Origin: an uncultured Candidatus Saccharibacteria bacterium
Lineage (GTDB): Bacteria > Patescibacteriota > Doudnabacteria > UBA920
Direction: 5' to 3'
DNA: 64,000 bases
Assembly: GCA_964483665.1 (NCBI GenBank)
Contig: CAZACP010000001.1
Location: forward strand, 6,358 to 70,357
Part shown: piece by piece, positions 9,794-20,430 of the stretch
Layout of the letters: each line of letters opens with the position of its first letter
Position numbering within the stretch: the first letter of the stretch is position 1
Notes under the pieces: generated by a model
What the model was told of the DNA's origin: nothing
What the model saw: the letters and a program-made list of their open reading frames with translations, nothing else
Database searches by the model: none
Translations under genes and position numbers: made by a program

Positions 9794-10234
9794 ATGGCGA
9801 AATTTCCATCTTTCAAAGATGTTGGCAGGGCAATGGGTTTTGAGTTTAGTGAAGGAGAAAATGTTTTAAACAATCTGAATCAGATTTTAAAAAATTTGGA
9901 TTATTATAAAACACAAGTAGGCGAAGATTTTTTGCGCGACAAATGTGAATATTACCCCAAGGTTGCACCTGAGCCTAAAAATGGAGTCCTTTTATTTCTA
10001 CCGGAAGAGAAACGGGGTAAAACTACATCTGAAGATATGTTTCGTTTATCTATTTATGAATTTATTGATCGAGTGGAAGATTTGGCTGAAAATTCAAGAT
10101 TTAAAAAAAATGATTTAATTGGAATTTTGTCTGAGCTTAAAGATTCAATCAACCAAATGACTAATGCCGAGGCTGTTGAAAAATTAAAACATGTAAGACA
10201 GGATATATTTAATTTAGTTGAAGATATTAAATAA
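9794..10234 (+). CDS. hypothetical protein
   Basis: 146-aa ORF tightly packed between frr and rseP. Confidence 0.6.
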   Translation: MAKFPSFKDVGRAMGFEFSEGENVLNNLNQILKNLDYYKTQVGEDFLRDKCEYYPKVAPEPKNGVLLFLPEEKRGKTTSEDMFRLSIYEFIDRVEDLAENSRFKKNDLIGILSELKDSINQMTNAEAVEKLKHVRQDIFNLVEDIK

Positions 10235-10239
10235 TTTTT

Positions 10240-11379
10240 ATGGTAGCAACAATACTTATTTTTATATTAATTTTAGGTTTGCTGGTGTTAGTTCACGAGT
10301 TTGGACATTTTATAGTCGCTAAAAAGAGCGGAATGGTTGTGCATGAGTTCGGTTTTGGTTTCCCGCCCAGGCTAATTGGCCTAAAAAAAATTCAGGGTAA
10401 AAGGAAGGTTGTTTGGGGGCATCAAAAAAGCATTTCAGATTCAGAATTAAACCAGGGCGATGAAAATACTCTATATTCAATAAACAGCATACCGCTTGGC
10501 GGTTTTGTTCGTATAATGGGGGAGAACAATGAACACGAAAACAATCCCAAGAGTTTTATAAACAAACCCTTTTGGCCGAGATTTTTTACGCTTGTGGCAG
10601 GCGTGATAATGAACTTTATATTGGCCGTTGTGATTTTTGGGGTTGGTTTTGGCATTGGTTTGCCTGCCGCTTTTGAAAAGTCTAGCGAAATTCCGAAGTA
10701 CGCAGTAATGGAAAATGCAAAGACAGCGATTATAGAAGTTATAAAAGACCAGCCCGCGGACAAAGCGGGAATTAAGTCGGGAGATTTTATAGTAAGCATA
10801 GACAATAACAAATTTACCAAGGCGGAAGAATACAGGAATTACATACGTTCCAATTCCGGCAAGGAGTTTGCTTTTGAAATAGAACGTGGCGGGCAAATTT
10901 TTAATTTTAAATTAGTTTCCGTGTCTAATCCGGCTGAAGGCCAGGGTCCGACCGGAATTGCATTAACAATGCTAGGGAAGCTAAGATACCCTTGGTATTT
11001 AGCACCATACGAAGGTTTGAAAATGGCCATTGTGCAAACCGGCGCTATTTTTTCCGGACTCTATAAGTTGCTTACTTCCGGCCTCGGTCTTTCTTCTTTG
11101 GGCGGGCCGGTAAAAATAGCTCAGCTCACCGGACAAGTGGCTGATATGGGAATTATTTATTTAATGCAGTTTACCGCGTTTTTGTCGTTAAATTTAGCGG
11201 TTTTAAATATTATGCCGTTTCCGGCTTTAGACGGCGGCCGGGTGGTATTTTTAATAATAGAAAAAATTCGGGGCAAAAGGAATAATCAAAAGTTTGAGCA
11301 AATGGCCAATGCCGCGGGTTTTGCGCTACTGCTTTTGCTTATGTTGGTTGTTACAATTAAGGACGTGAAGGGTTTTTAG
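10240..11379 (+). CDS. rseP: site-2 protease RseP (M50, PDZ domain)
   Basis: HEFGH, PLGGFVRI, PDZ domain, NIMPFPALDGG. Confidence 0.95.
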   Translation: MVATILIFILILGLLVLVHEFGHFIVAKKSGMVVHEFGFGFPPRLIGLKKIQGKRKVVWGHQKSISDSELNQGDENTLYSINSIPLGGFVRIMGENNEHENNPKSFINKPFWPRFFTLVAGVIMNFILAVVIFGVGFGIGLPAAFEKSSEIPKYAVMENAKTAIIEVIKDQPADKAGIKSGDFIVSIDNNKFTKAEEYRNYIRSNSGKEFAFEIERGGQIFNFKLVSVSNPAEGQGPTGIALTMLGKLRYPWYLAPYEGLKMAIVQTGAIFSGLYKLLTSGLGLSSLGGPVKIAQLTGQVADMGIIYLMQFTAFLSLNLAVLNIMPFPALDGGRVVFLIIEKIRGKRNNQKFEQMANAAGFALLLLLMLVVTIKDVKGF

Positions 11380-11459
11380 ACCGTAAAAGTTAATTTTAAA
11401 TTTTAAATTCTAAATTTTAATTTACCCTATTTACTCCATATATCTGCGAAACAACAATT

Positions 11460-12698
11460 ATGAGACAATCAAAATATTTTTTAAAGACCAGCAAAACTAA
11501 GCCGGCCGAAGACACATCGGCAAATGCTATTTTGCTCGAGCAGGGCGGGTTTGTTTATAAAGAAATGGCAGGAGTTTACGCTTATTTGCCTTTGGGTTTT
11601 AGAGTTATAGAAAAAATAAAAAATATTATTAGAGAAGAGATGAACGCTATCGGTGGCCAAGAATTGATTATGACTAGCCTGCAGCGCAAGGAGGTTTGGG
11701 AAAAAACTAATCGTTGGGATGATAATAAAGTGGATGTGTGGTTTAAATCTAAACTAAAAAATGGCGCTGACGTAGGATTAGCATGGTCACATGAGGAGCC
11801 AATTACGACTATGATGCTAAATTATATAAGCAGCTATAGAGATTTACCCGCTTATGTTTATCAATTTCAGACGAAACTTAGAAACGAACTCAGGGCAAAA
11901 AGCGGAATTTTAAGAGGCCGAGAGTTTGTGATGAAAGATTTGTATTCATACAGCCTTAGTCCTGAGGCTCATGAAGAATTTTATCAAAAAGCAATTTCAG
12001 CATATTTAAAAATTTTTGAACGGGTTGGTTTGGGAGAATCGACATTTTTAACTTTCGCTTCGGGCGGAGCGTTTACACAGTTCAGCCACGAATTTCAGAC
12101 CGTGCTTGAAGCTGGTGAAGATGTTATTTATTTAGACCGTAAGAAAAAAATAGCGATTAACAAGGAAGTTTTAACCGAGGAAGTATTAAAACAGCTAAAT
12201 TTAAAACGTGAGGAATTAGAAGAAGTAAAAGCCTCAGAAACCGGCAATATTTTTAATTTTGGCACTACTAAATCTGAACAAATAGGTTTGTATTATAAAG
12301 ATCAACAAGGAAGCAGAAAGCCTGTCATTTTAGGTTCGTATGGTATTGGTATTACAAGAGTAATGGGAGTAATTGTAGAAAAATTCCACGACGAAAAAGG
12401 CATAATCTGGCCGGAGAGCGTGGCGCCGTTTAAGGTGCATCTAATTAGTTTAAAAGGTGCCGAGAACGAAGCAGAAAATATCTACCAAGCTTTATTAAAA
12501 GAAGGAATTGAGGTATTATTAGATGATCGGGAAGTAAGCGCGGGGGCTAAATTTGCCGACTCGGATTTAATTGGAATCCCGCATAGGGTGATAGTTTCAC
12601 CTAAGACCATTGAACAATCATCCGTAGAAATTAAAAAACGATCAGATATAGAATCTAAATTAGTTAAAACTAGGGAGTTAGTTAAATACCTACAATAA
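11460..12698 (+). CDS. proS: prolyl-tRNA synthetase (short form, no editing domain)
   Basis: MRQS, HEEPIT, YQFQTKLRNE, REFVMKDLYS, GSYGIG. Confidence 0.95.
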   Translation: MRQSKYFLKTSKTKPAEDTSANAILLEQGGFVYKEMAGVYAYLPLGFRVIEKIKNIIREEMNAIGGQELIMTSLQRKEVWEKTNRWDDNKVDVWFKSKLKNGADVGLAWSHEEPITTMMLNYISSYRDLPAYVYQFQTKLRNELRAKSGILRGREFVMKDLYSYSLSPEAHEEFYQKAISAYLKIFERVGLGESTFLTFASGGAFTQFSHEFQTVLEAGEDVIYLDRKKKIAINKEVLTEEVLKQLNLKREELEEVKASETGNIFNFGTTKSEQIGLYYKDQQGSRKPVILGSYGIGITRVMGVIVEKFHDEKGIIWPESVAPFKVHLISLKGAENEAENIYQALLKEGIEVLLDDREVSAGAKFADSDLIGIPHRVIVSPKTIEQSSVEIKKRSDIESKLVKTRELVKYLQ

Positions 12699-12830
12699 AT
12701 CCGAAATTCGAATATCGAAATTCGAAACAATACAAAAATCTAAAATAAAAAATTCAAAAGTCAGTAAGGGTTTGGGAATTTTTAATTTAGGATTTTTTCG
12801 AATTTCGTATTTAGCATTTCGAATTTTTAA
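12698..12830. repeat. fold-back repeat pair (TCGAAA/TTTCGA family)
   Basis: ATCCGAAATTCGAATATCGAAATTCGAAA ... TTTCGAATTTCGTATTTAGCATTTCGAAT; related arm at 21290-21370. Confidence 0.75.
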
Positions 12831-12833
12831 TTT

Positions 12834-13886
12834 ATGTTTGAAGGCATTTATAAAAAATTTTCCAGCGACATTGGCATAGATCTTGGCACTGCCAATACTT
12901 TGGTCTATGTAAAAGGCAAGGGCATTGTTATAAACGAGCCCTCTGTTGTCGCAATTAACCAAAGAACAAAGCAGATTTTGGCTATTGGCGATGAGGCAAG
13001 AAGAATGGTCGGCAGAACGCCCCCGCACATTGTAGCGACCAGGCCTTTGGTAGATGGAGTGATTTCTGATTTTGAAGTGACGGAAGCTATGCTTAGGTAC
13101 TTTATAGACAAAGTTCATAACCAAACTTTTGCTTTTTTGCGCCGTCCGCGTGTGGTTATTGGCATACCTTCAGGAGTAACTGAAGTGGAAAAAAGGGCGG
13201 TTATTGACGCGGCGGTAAATGCCGGCGCAGCCCAGGCTTTTTTAATAGAGGAGCCTATGGCCGCAGCTGTAGGCTCAAGGCTGCCTATTTCCGAACCGAC
13301 CGGCAGCATGATAATTGACATAGGAGGCGGCACGGCTGAAATTGCGGTTATTTCGTTGGGCGGGATTGTAATTTCTAAAAGCATACGAGTGGCCGGAGAT
13401 GAAATGAACGACAATATTGTCCAGTACGCAAGAGAAAAATTTAATTTGCTTATTGGTCCTCGCACTGCCGAAGAAATAAAAATTAGAATAGGCAGCGCAT
13501 ATCCGCTTGAATCAGCCTTAACCTTGGAGGTTAGGGGCAGGGATTTAGTGACCGGGCTTCCGAGGGAAATTCTAATGAACGACAGCCAGGTTAGGGACGC
13601 GCTTTCCCACAGTTTGAAAATGATTGTTAACAATACGAAATCCGTTATTGAGGGCATTCCGCCTGAATTAATTTCGGACATAATGCATAGGGGTATTGTT
13701 TTGGCGGGCGGTGGAGCGCTTTTAAGAGGGCTTAATAAGTTAATGCATGAAGCAACCGATATGCCGGTAGTTATAGCCGAAGACCCCCTAACTTGCGTAG
13801 CTAGGGGAGCGGGCGTGGTGGTGGAAGATTTGGAAACGCTCAAAGATGTGCTTTTGCCTAATGAATTTGGGAACGTACCTAGGTAA
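12834..13886 (+). CDS. mreB: rod shape-determining actin homolog
   Basis: IGIDLGTANT, IEEPMAAA, DIGGGT, LAGGGALL. Confidence 0.98.
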   Translation: MFEGIYKKFSSDIGIDLGTANTLVYVKGKGIVINEPSVVAINQRTKQILAIGDEARRMVGRTPPHIVATRPLVDGVISDFEVTEAMLRYFIDKVHNQTFAFLRRPRVVIGIPSGVTEVEKRAVIDAAVNAGAAQAFLIEEPMAAAVGSRLPISEPTGSMIIDIGGGTAEIAVISLGGIVISKSIRVAGDEMNDNIVQYAREKFNLLIGPRTAEEIKIRIGSAYPLESALTLEVRGRDLVTGLPREILMNDSQVRDALSHSLKMIVNNTKSVIEGIPPELISDIMHRGIVLAGGGALLRGLNKLMHEATDMPVVIAEDPLTCVARGAGVVVEDLETLKDVLLPNEFGNVPR

Positions 13887-14000
13887 AAATATTGACAAAA
13901 ACGACGTAAATGACAAAAATAAAAAATAAAATACAGATTTTTGGGTGGTATTTTAAATTTTTGTCATTTTTATTATTTTTGATCATTTTTCATTTCTTCA

Positions 14001-14798
14001 ATGCGGTTTATATACAATAAAACATTCGTAGCCTTTTTTGTTTGCCTGTGCCTGTTGGTATTTTTTATGTTTTTAAACAGTCAAGGGGCGCTAGACCAAA
14101 TAAAACGGTTTTTTTTAAGGCTTCCGCAACCGGTGGTTAATTTTTCAGGAAATTTAGGCAGGAATACGAAGTCTTTTTTTCTGGCGCTCTATGATTTAAA
14201 GGGAATGGTTAAAGAAAACGCCCAACTCAAAGAAAATATTGCCTTGCTAGAAATTGATCTGGCTGCGGCTGAGGCCGATATTAGAGAAAACGAAATTTTG
14301 CGGAAAGAATTGGGGTTTGTTAAGAGTTCCAAACTGGATTTAGAGCCTTGCGAGGTGCTGTCGGCTAACTCGTTAAACTTAACCGACACTTTAATTATTA
14401 ATTGTGGAACTGATCAGGGTCTTTTAGAAGGACAGGTAATAATTTCTCAGGGTCATATAGTCGGGAAAATAATTTACGTCGGGAAAACTACTTCCACTGC
14501 GCAAATTGCAACCTCTTCCAAATTCTTAACAGACGCTCGCATAAGCAAGACCGGCCAGCCTGCGGTTGTACAGGGGTCGTATAACTCAGGTATGGTAATT
14601 GACCAATTACCCCAGTCAACACAACTCGAGCCAGGCTGGTTAATAGTTTCCGGGGGTATTAATTCTAAAATCCCGGCTGATTTGCCTATTGGGGAAGTTG
14701 GTCAGATTATTTCTTCCCAAAATGATTTATTTAAAAAAGCCAGCCTGCTTTCTCCGGTAGATTTTAACGACTTAAGATTTGTGTATGCCGTAAAGTAG
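14001..14798 (+). CDS. mreC: rod shape-determining protein MreC
   Basis: TM helix, coiled coil (ENEILRKEL), beta domain; gene order. Confidence 0.9.
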   Translation: MRFIYNKTFVAFFVCLCLLVFFMFLNSQGALDQIKRFFLRLPQPVVNFSGNLGRNTKSFFLALYDLKGMVKENAQLKENIALLEIDLAAAEADIRENEILRKELGFVKSSKLDLEPCEVLSANSLNLTDTLIINCGTDQGLLEGQVIISQGHIVGKIIYVGKTTSTAQIATSSKFLTDARISKTGQPAVVQGSYNSGMVIDQLPQSTQLEPGWLIVSGGINSKIPADLPIGEVGQIISSQNDLFKKASLLSPVDFNDLRFVYAVK

Positions 14799-14816
14799 GT
14801 TTGGGGGTACGCGTAT

Positions 14817-15344
14817 ATGATTAAGACATTTGGTTTTTATATCTTGGGTCTTTTATTGTTTGCTGTAAGCGCAGGCTTTTTTAAAAATTTTTTATTGTTT
14901 GGAGCGGCGCCTAATTTGTTATTGCTAATTTCAATCTATTTAGCTTTGGAAGAACCCGGAGAAGCATATTTATTTTTTAGTTTTTTTGCCGGGCTTATGC
15001 TAGATTTTTCCACCGGTGCATATTTGGGCAGCTTTTCTTTGTCCTTTTTAATACTTTCTATTACTCTAAGATTTGTTAGTAGGGAGATAGTCGCGCTAGA
15101 AAAAAATTGGAAATATTTGCCGGCAGTTTTACTAGTTTTTCAGAGCTTGTTGCTTTTTTGGCTATTTTTCTTTAACATGGCGGCATCAAAATTGGTTTCT
15201 GCGCCCCAGGTCTTTTCATTCTTTGAAACTTTTAAAAAATTGTTTTGGCAATATTTTTATAATCTAGCTTGTTTGTATCCGATTTGGAAATTGTCTAAAA
15301 TCCCGTCCCTTTTAGAAGATAAAATTTCCCCGAAGACTAAATAG
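14817..15344 (+). CDS. mreD: rod shape-determining protein MreD
   Basis: Polytopic membrane protein, PNLLLL..GLMLDF; gene order. Confidence 0.85.
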   Translation: MIKTFGFYILGLLLFAVSAGFFKNFLLFGAAPNLLLLISIYLALEEPGEAYLFFSFFAGLMLDFSTGAYLGSFSLSFLILSITLRFVSREIVALEKNWKYLPAVLLVFQSLLLFWLFFFNMAASKLVSAPQVFSFFETFKKLFWQYFYNLACLYPIWKLSKIPSLLEDKISPKTK

Positions 15345-15364
15345 CAAAAATTACGATTTTTTTT

Positions 15365-17317
15365 ATGAAGGATCCATTTTTAATTGAAACCAAAGTTCCA
15401 AGCAGCGAAAAAAAAGCTTCTTTAGACTGGGATGAGAGCGCTTCGGATATAAACAGCACAGTTACAGATATTCACGATTCGGAAAGAAGGCAACATGAAT
15501 TTTATTTAACAAGGATTTTTTTGTTGCTAATTTTAGTAATTTTTTCTTCGCGTCTTTTTTATTTGCAAATAATTAAAGGGTCCTATTTTCAGCAAATGGC
15601 TGAAAATAACCGTACCCGAAGCCAGGTATTAGAAGCACCTAGAGGCTTAATTTTTGATATTCGGCAAAAGCCCTTGCTGGAAAATATTGCCGGGTATAAT
15701 TTAATTGCTGTGCCTTTTGACTTGCCAAAAGAGAATTTTGAAGCCGAGATCGTTCGGCTAGCTTCCGTCTTGAATATTAGCCAGGAAGAAATTTATGACA
15801 GTTTAAAAAATATTAACAAGCGTTCAATTACGCCGGTGATAGTAAAACAAGATATTTCTCCTGAAATGGCTATTCTGTTTCAAACCCGGGCGTATGATTT
15901 TCCGGGTTTTTCCGTGCAGCAGTCGCCCATTCGAAATTATTTTTTCCCCGAACAATTTTCCGCTTTGTTAGGCTATACTGGCTTGGCCAATAGTCAAGAT
16001 ATACTGCGCTTAAATTTAAGCGATTCTGACACGGCCACGCAAGTTGGCAAGCAGGGGCTTGAGCTTGAGTATGAAAAGTTTTTAAGAGGTTCAGCCGGTC
16101 AAAATCAAGTGGAAATAGACTCCACAGGCAAGATTTTAAAAGTATTGGGTCAAAAACCCAGCAGGCCAGGGGATTCTTTAATATTAAACATTGATTCAGA
16201 ACTGCAAAAAAAACTTTACGAAGAGCTGATAAAAAACAGCGGGGGAAAAGTGCGAGCCGCGGCAGTGGCATTAAACCCTAAGACCGGGCAGGTTTTGGCT
16301 TTGCTTTCGTTGCCGGGTTTTGACACAAATTTGTTTTCGCACGGTATAACCCAAGCCGACTATCAGCTTTTGTTAAACGATCCGAAAAAACCTTTTTTAA
16401 ACAGGGCAATTTCCGGGCAGTACCCGCCTGGTTCCACGGTAAAACCTATGGTTGCGGCCGCAGCTTTGGCGGAAGGGATTGTAAATGAAGATACAATAAT
16501 AAATGACAAAGGGGTTTTGGTTATTCCAAATCAATTTGATCCGACTGTCGCGTATAATTTTGTCGGCTGGAAACTTTCGGGCTTAGGTCCAATGACCGTT
16601 AAAAGCGCTATTGCACAAAGTTCGGATATTTATTTTTATACGGTTGCGGGCGGGCATCCGAATTCCAAAATTGCAGGTTTGGGCGTTTTAAAATTGGCGG
16701 AGTATTACCGCAAATTTCATTTAAGCCAGCCTTTAGGTATAGATCTTCCGGGTGAAAAACCCGGAGTGGTCGCGGATCCTTCTTGGAAGGAAAAAGCTTT
16801 TGCTAATGACCCGATTTTAAAAAAATGGTATTTGGGCGACACCTACCACATTGGCATAGGCCAGGGCGACATGCTAACTACGCCGCTTCAGGTGGCTTAT
16901 TGGACTGCTGTTTTTGCTAACAACGGAGTCGGCATGAAACCGAAAATATTAAACAGCGTAGTTTCTTCGGAAGGTAAAAATGTTTTTGAAAACAAGCCTG
17001 AAATTTTAGCAAATAAATTTTTAAGCGATGAAATCATAAAAGTTGTCCAAGAGGGTATGAGAGAAACTGTTCTTGAAGGCAGCGGCCGGCAGCTTTTAAG
17101 TCTTCCTATTACTTCCGCCGGGAAAACCGGCACTTCGCAATTTGACGGCTCAGACCCCAAAAAAACTCATGCATGGTTTACGGCATACGCGCCTTTTGAA
17201 GACCCTCAAATAGTCATAACTGTGCTGGTTGAAGCTGGAGGCGAGGGGCATGCCGCGGCTGTGCCTGTAGTTAAAGAAGCATTTTCGTGGTGGGCAAAAG
17301 AGAGGTATGGAAAGTAG
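15365..17317 (+). CDS. mrdA: penicillin-binding protein 2
   Basis: APRG.I.D, PGSTVKP (SxxK), SSD, GKTGT. Confidence 0.93.
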   Translation: MKDPFLIETKVPSSEKKASLDWDESASDINSTVTDIHDSERRQHEFYLTRIFLLLILVIFSSRLFYLQIIKGSYFQQMAENNRTRSQVLEAPRGLIFDIRQKPLLENIAGYNLIAVPFDLPKENFEAEIVRLASVLNISQEEIYDSLKNINKRSITPVIVKQDISPEMAILFQTRAYDFPGFSVQQSPIRNYFFPEQFSALLGYTGLANSQDILRLNLSDSDTATQVGKQGLELEYEKFLRGSAGQNQVEIDSTGKILKVLGQKPSRPGDSLILNIDSELQKKLYEELIKNSGGKVRAAAVALNPKTGQVLALLSLPGFDTNLFSHGITQADYQLLLNDPKKPFLNRAISGQYPPGSTVKPMVAAAALAEGIVNEDTIINDKGVLVIPNQFDPTVAYNFVGWKLSGLGPMTVKSAIAQSSDIYFYTVAGGHPNSKIAGLGVLKLAEYYRKFHLSQPLGIDLPGEKPGVVADPSWKEKAFANDPILKKWYLGDTYHIGIGQGDMLTTPLQVAYWTAVFANNGVGMKPKILNSVVSSEGKNVFENKPEILANKFLSDEIIKVVQEGMRETVLEGSGRQLLSLPITSAGKTGTSQFDGSDPKKTHAWFTAYAPFEDPQIVITVLVEAGGEGHAAAVPVVKEAFSWWAKERYGK

Positions 17318-17397
17318 TATTATGTACTAGGTATAATGTATAATGTGTGGGGAAGGTATTTTATATATTATACTTAATACTTTATACACAATACGCG

Positions 17398-18228
17398 ATG
17401 CTTATAGACGGAAAAAAAATTGGCCAGGAAATTTTAAATAATTTATATAGCGAAGTAAAAAAGCTTCCCTTTCAGCCGATTTTTTGCGATATTTTGGTTG
17501 GCAAAGACCCTGCTTCCGTGCAGTACGTCAAAATGAAAGGCCAGGCGGCTGAAAAAATCGGCATTGCGGTGCATAAGGCCGAGTATCCGGAAAATATTAC
17601 TACCGAAGAGTTGTTAACAGAAATACACAAGCTGAATCAAATAAAAAATATGTGCGGACTCATAGTCCAACTGCCTTTGCCGCCGCACATTAACCAGGCA
17701 GAGGTTTTAAATTCAATAGACCCGGCAATAGACGTAGATGTGACCGGAGAAGTTAATTCGCAAAAATTTTATTTAGGTGAGCCGAATGCGTTAGAATTTC
17801 CGACCGCAGTCGCTATATTAAATTTACTTGATTCCACCGGCGAAAATTTAAAAGAAAAAAATTTTTTGGTTATGGGTTTTGGTATGCTGGTAGGCAGGCC
17901 GGTGAGCTACTTGCTCGAAAAAAAGGGTTATAAAGTCGCGGTTGCAAGAAGCAAAACGGCTAATACAAATGAGTTATTAAAAAACGCAGATGTGGTCATT
18001 TCAGCGACCGGCAAACCGAACATAGTGACAGGAGAAAAAATAAAGCCCGGGTCTATAATTATAGACGCCGGAACTTCCGAAAGCGAAGGCGGTATAGTGG
18101 GGGATGTTGATTTTGAATCTGTAAATAAAATTGCAAGTTTTGTTTCCCCGGTGCCGGGCGGCGTAGGAGCGGTAACCGTTGCCATGCTTTTAAGCAATGT
18201 TGTCCAAGTTGCAAAAACTATGAACTAA
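17398..18228 (+). CDS. folD: methylene-THF dehydrogenase/cyclohydrolase
   Basis: IDGK, IVQLPLP, DVD, PVPGGVG; start moved to ATG 17398. Confidence 0.95.
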   Translation: MLIDGKKIGQEILNNLYSEVKKLPFQPIFCDILVGKDPASVQYVKMKGQAAEKIGIAVHKAEYPENITTEELLTEIHKLNQIKNMCGLIVQLPLPPHINQAEVLNSIDPAIDVDVTGEVNSQKFYLGEPNALEFPTAVAILNLLDSTGENLKEKNFLVMGFGMLVGRPVSYLLEKKGYKVAVARSKTANTNELLKNADVVISATGKPNIVTGEKIKPGSIIIDAGTSESEGGIVGDVDFESVNKIASFVSPVPGGVGAVTVAMLLSNVVQVAKTMN

Positions 18229-18246
18229 AAGTAGTTGGAAAATATT

Positions 18247-19152
18247 ATGTCTGAAATTAAAATAAAAAAAAGCTACTTTCAAATTTTCTTGTTGTTTCTA
18301 GTCCGTTGGCTCAACCGGTTTTTTGTCGTACTTTCTTTGCGTAAGTCAAGAAAATTTTGGGGGTTTGTTTATGACAGTGTAACTAAACAGCCGCTTGATC
18401 CCGTAATAGTCAAGCTGGTGTATGCGCAAAGCGGCGAACCCGCTCAAACTTGCGTTACCGACCTCTCCGGTCGCTATGGTTTTTTAGCTCAGCCGGGAAA
18501 ATTTAAAATTTTTGCCAAAAAAAGCAATTACCTTTTTCCCTCGCGGAGAATACAAGGAGGCAGCGACGGAATTTTTACCGATATTTACAAAGGCGAATTT
18601 TTTGAATTATATAACGAGTCCGAAGTTGTCGGACCAAATATTCCTATGGACCCGATAAAAGAAGACTGGAATCAGGTGGCAAAAGCCAAGATTTTAAAGA
18701 CCTATCCTTTTTTAAAATTGTTTTTTAGACGCATACTGCAGGTATTTTTTTGGTTCGGTTTTGTCTGGGCGTTTGTATTTGTACTAAATGACTTTTTTAT
18801 AAGTTATCAAATTAAATTTTCCGGCTGGCCACAGTATATGCTTGCGGCTTATTTAGCCTTATTTCTTCTAAATAGCGCCATTCCAGAATTCAGGCTTTGG
18901 GGAAGGGTGATAGATTTAAAAACCGGCAAACCCGTAACAGAAGCGCAGCTAGAACTTTCTAATCCGGAAATTCAAACGGTTATTTTGGCAAAAGCCAAAA
19001 GTCAAGATGACGGAAGATTTTTATTAAGAGCTAATCCGGGTAAGTATACTTTGCGCATAAGTTTAAAAGGCCTGACTTCAACTATTCCGGTTAAAGTACA
19101 TGGCGAAGGGGTCGTGAATTTGAATTTTAGAATACTGTGGATAAATAACTAA
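18247..19152 (+). CDS. membrane protein with two carboxypeptidase-regulatory-like domains
   Basis: WG.VYDS.TKQP...TD..GRY and WGRV.D..T.KP...DDGRF domains around TM helices. Confidence 0.7.
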   Translation: MSEIKIKKSYFQIFLLFLVRWLNRFFVVLSLRKSRKFWGFVYDSVTKQPLDPVIVKLVYAQSGEPAQTCVTDLSGRYGFLAQPGKFKIFAKKSNYLFPSRRIQGGSDGIFTDIYKGEFFELYNESEVVGPNIPMDPIKEDWNQVAKAKILKTYPFLKLFFRRILQVFFWFGFVWAFVFVLNDFFISYQIKFSGWPQYMLAAYLALFLLNSAIPEFRLWGRVIDLKTGKPVTEAQLELSNPEIQTVILAKAKSQDDGRFLLRANPGKYTLRISLKGLTSTIPVKVHGEGVVNLNFRILWINN

Positions 19153-19183
19153 GCAATATTTATTTGTCTTGTATAATAGAGGT

Positions 19184-19570
19184 ATGGACAAAACCCAAAA
19201 GAAAATATTGATTGTGGAAGACGACACATCTTTGCTAAATACTCTGGCCGACAAGCTTGTTTCTCAGGGTTTTTCTGTAATGAAGGCAGAGGACGGAAAA
19301 AGGGCAATAGACAGTATTCTGCATCATAAACCGGGCTTAATTCTGCTTGATTTGCTTATTCCGGAGGTAGACGGCTACCAGGTATTACAAACAGTCAGAA
19401 CTCATGGCGACCCGCACGTTTCGGCCACCCCTGTAATAGTGTTAAGTAATTTGTGGAGCGATAAAGATATATTAAAGGCTAAGGCGCTTAGGGTTAGTGA
19501 GTATTATGTTAAGGCTCATACAAATTTGGAAGACGTTTACAAAAAAATATCTGAACTAATAAGTTCATAG
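19184..19570 (+). CDS. stand-alone response regulator receiver
   Basis: ILIVEDD, LLDLL.P..DG, VIVLSN, Y.VK. Confidence 0.9.
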   Translation: MDKTQKKILIVEDDTSLLNTLADKLVSQGFSVMKAEDGKRAIDSILHHKPGLILLDLLIPEVDGYQVLQTVRTHGDPHVSATPVIVLSNLWSDKDILKAKALRVSEYYVKAHTNLEDVYKKISELISS

Positions 19571-19612
19571 TTAAAACATATTTTATTTAATTTGTCAAGT
19601 ATATATTGTTGT

Positions 19613-19641
19613 TTGACAATGCTGTAAACTTGTATTACAAT
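19613..19641 (+). promoter_or_regulatory. sigma70 promoter of the secE-nusG region
   Basis: TTGACA-17-TACAAT. Confidence 0.65.
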
Positions 19642-19702
19642 ACTCTTAATTAAAGGCCGCAAGTGGCCTTTTAAAAAAGCCTTTTTGTTTTTAAAGTAAT
19701 TT

Positions 19703-19885
19703 ATGAATATTTTAAATTTTTTCGTTGAAGTCAAAAATGAGTTAGCAAAGGTAGTTTGGCCGACACGCAAACAAACAATCCAGTATACGGCTGTGGTCAT
19801 AGTATTTAGTTTGGTAATTTCCTTAATTTTAGGCGCGGCTGACCTCGGACTCTTTACAATTTTTGAAAAAATAGTCGCCAGATAA
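19703..19885 (+). CDS. secE: preprotein translocase SecE
   Basis: FFVEVKNELAKVVWPTR plus TM helix. Confidence 0.95.
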   Translation: MNILNFFVEVKNELAKVVWPTRKQTIQYTAVVIVFSLVISLILGAADLGLFTIFEKIVAR

Positions 19886-19886
19886 A

Positions 19887-20423
19887 ATGTTGCCACCTGG
19901 ACATATTGCGGCCGGATATTTAACTGCACTGGCAGCCATAAAAATATTCAAGCCGGACTTTGACCAACAACAAATAAACCAGCTTTTAGTTTTAGGTATG
20001 TTTTGGGGCTTTGCTCCGGATTTAGATGTTTTTTATTCGTTTTATAAGCTTAAAAGTTTTACTTCGGACATTAACAAGGCTGATCATAGAAAATTTGTTA
20101 GTCATTCACCCGTTTTATGGTTGGCTGTAGGCGCAATATTTTATTTTTTTGTTAACAGTTCGTTTTTAAAGTTTAACGCTTTAGTGTTTGTAGCCGGAAG
20201 CTTTAGTCATTTTATTTTAGACAGCATTGAGTACGGAATTCCTTGGCTATGGCCGTTTAAAAGCCGTTTGTTCGCAATAATAAATCCGGGCAAGAAAATA
20301 TTTGAGGTAAAGGAAAAAAGTTTTTTTAAGCACTGGACGGCATTTGTTAAGTTTTATATAACCAGGCCGACATTTTATTTTGAACTTTTAATAATTAGTC
20401 TATTTGTAATCATTAGTATTTAG
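19887..20423 (+). CDS. metal-dependent membrane hydrolase (YdjM-like)
   Basis: N-terminal H, PDLD, HR..SHS, SH..LD, WPF. Confidence 0.8.
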   Translation: MLPPGHIAAGYLTALAAIKIFKPDFDQQQINQLLVLGMFWGFAPDLDVFYSFYKLKSFTSDINKADHRKFVSHSPVLWLAVGAIFYFFVNSSFLKFNALVFVAGSFSHFILDSIEYGIPWLWPFKSRLFAIINPGKKIFEVKEKSFFKHWTAFVKFYITRPTFYFELLIISLFVIISI

Positions 20424-20430
20424 TAAAGCT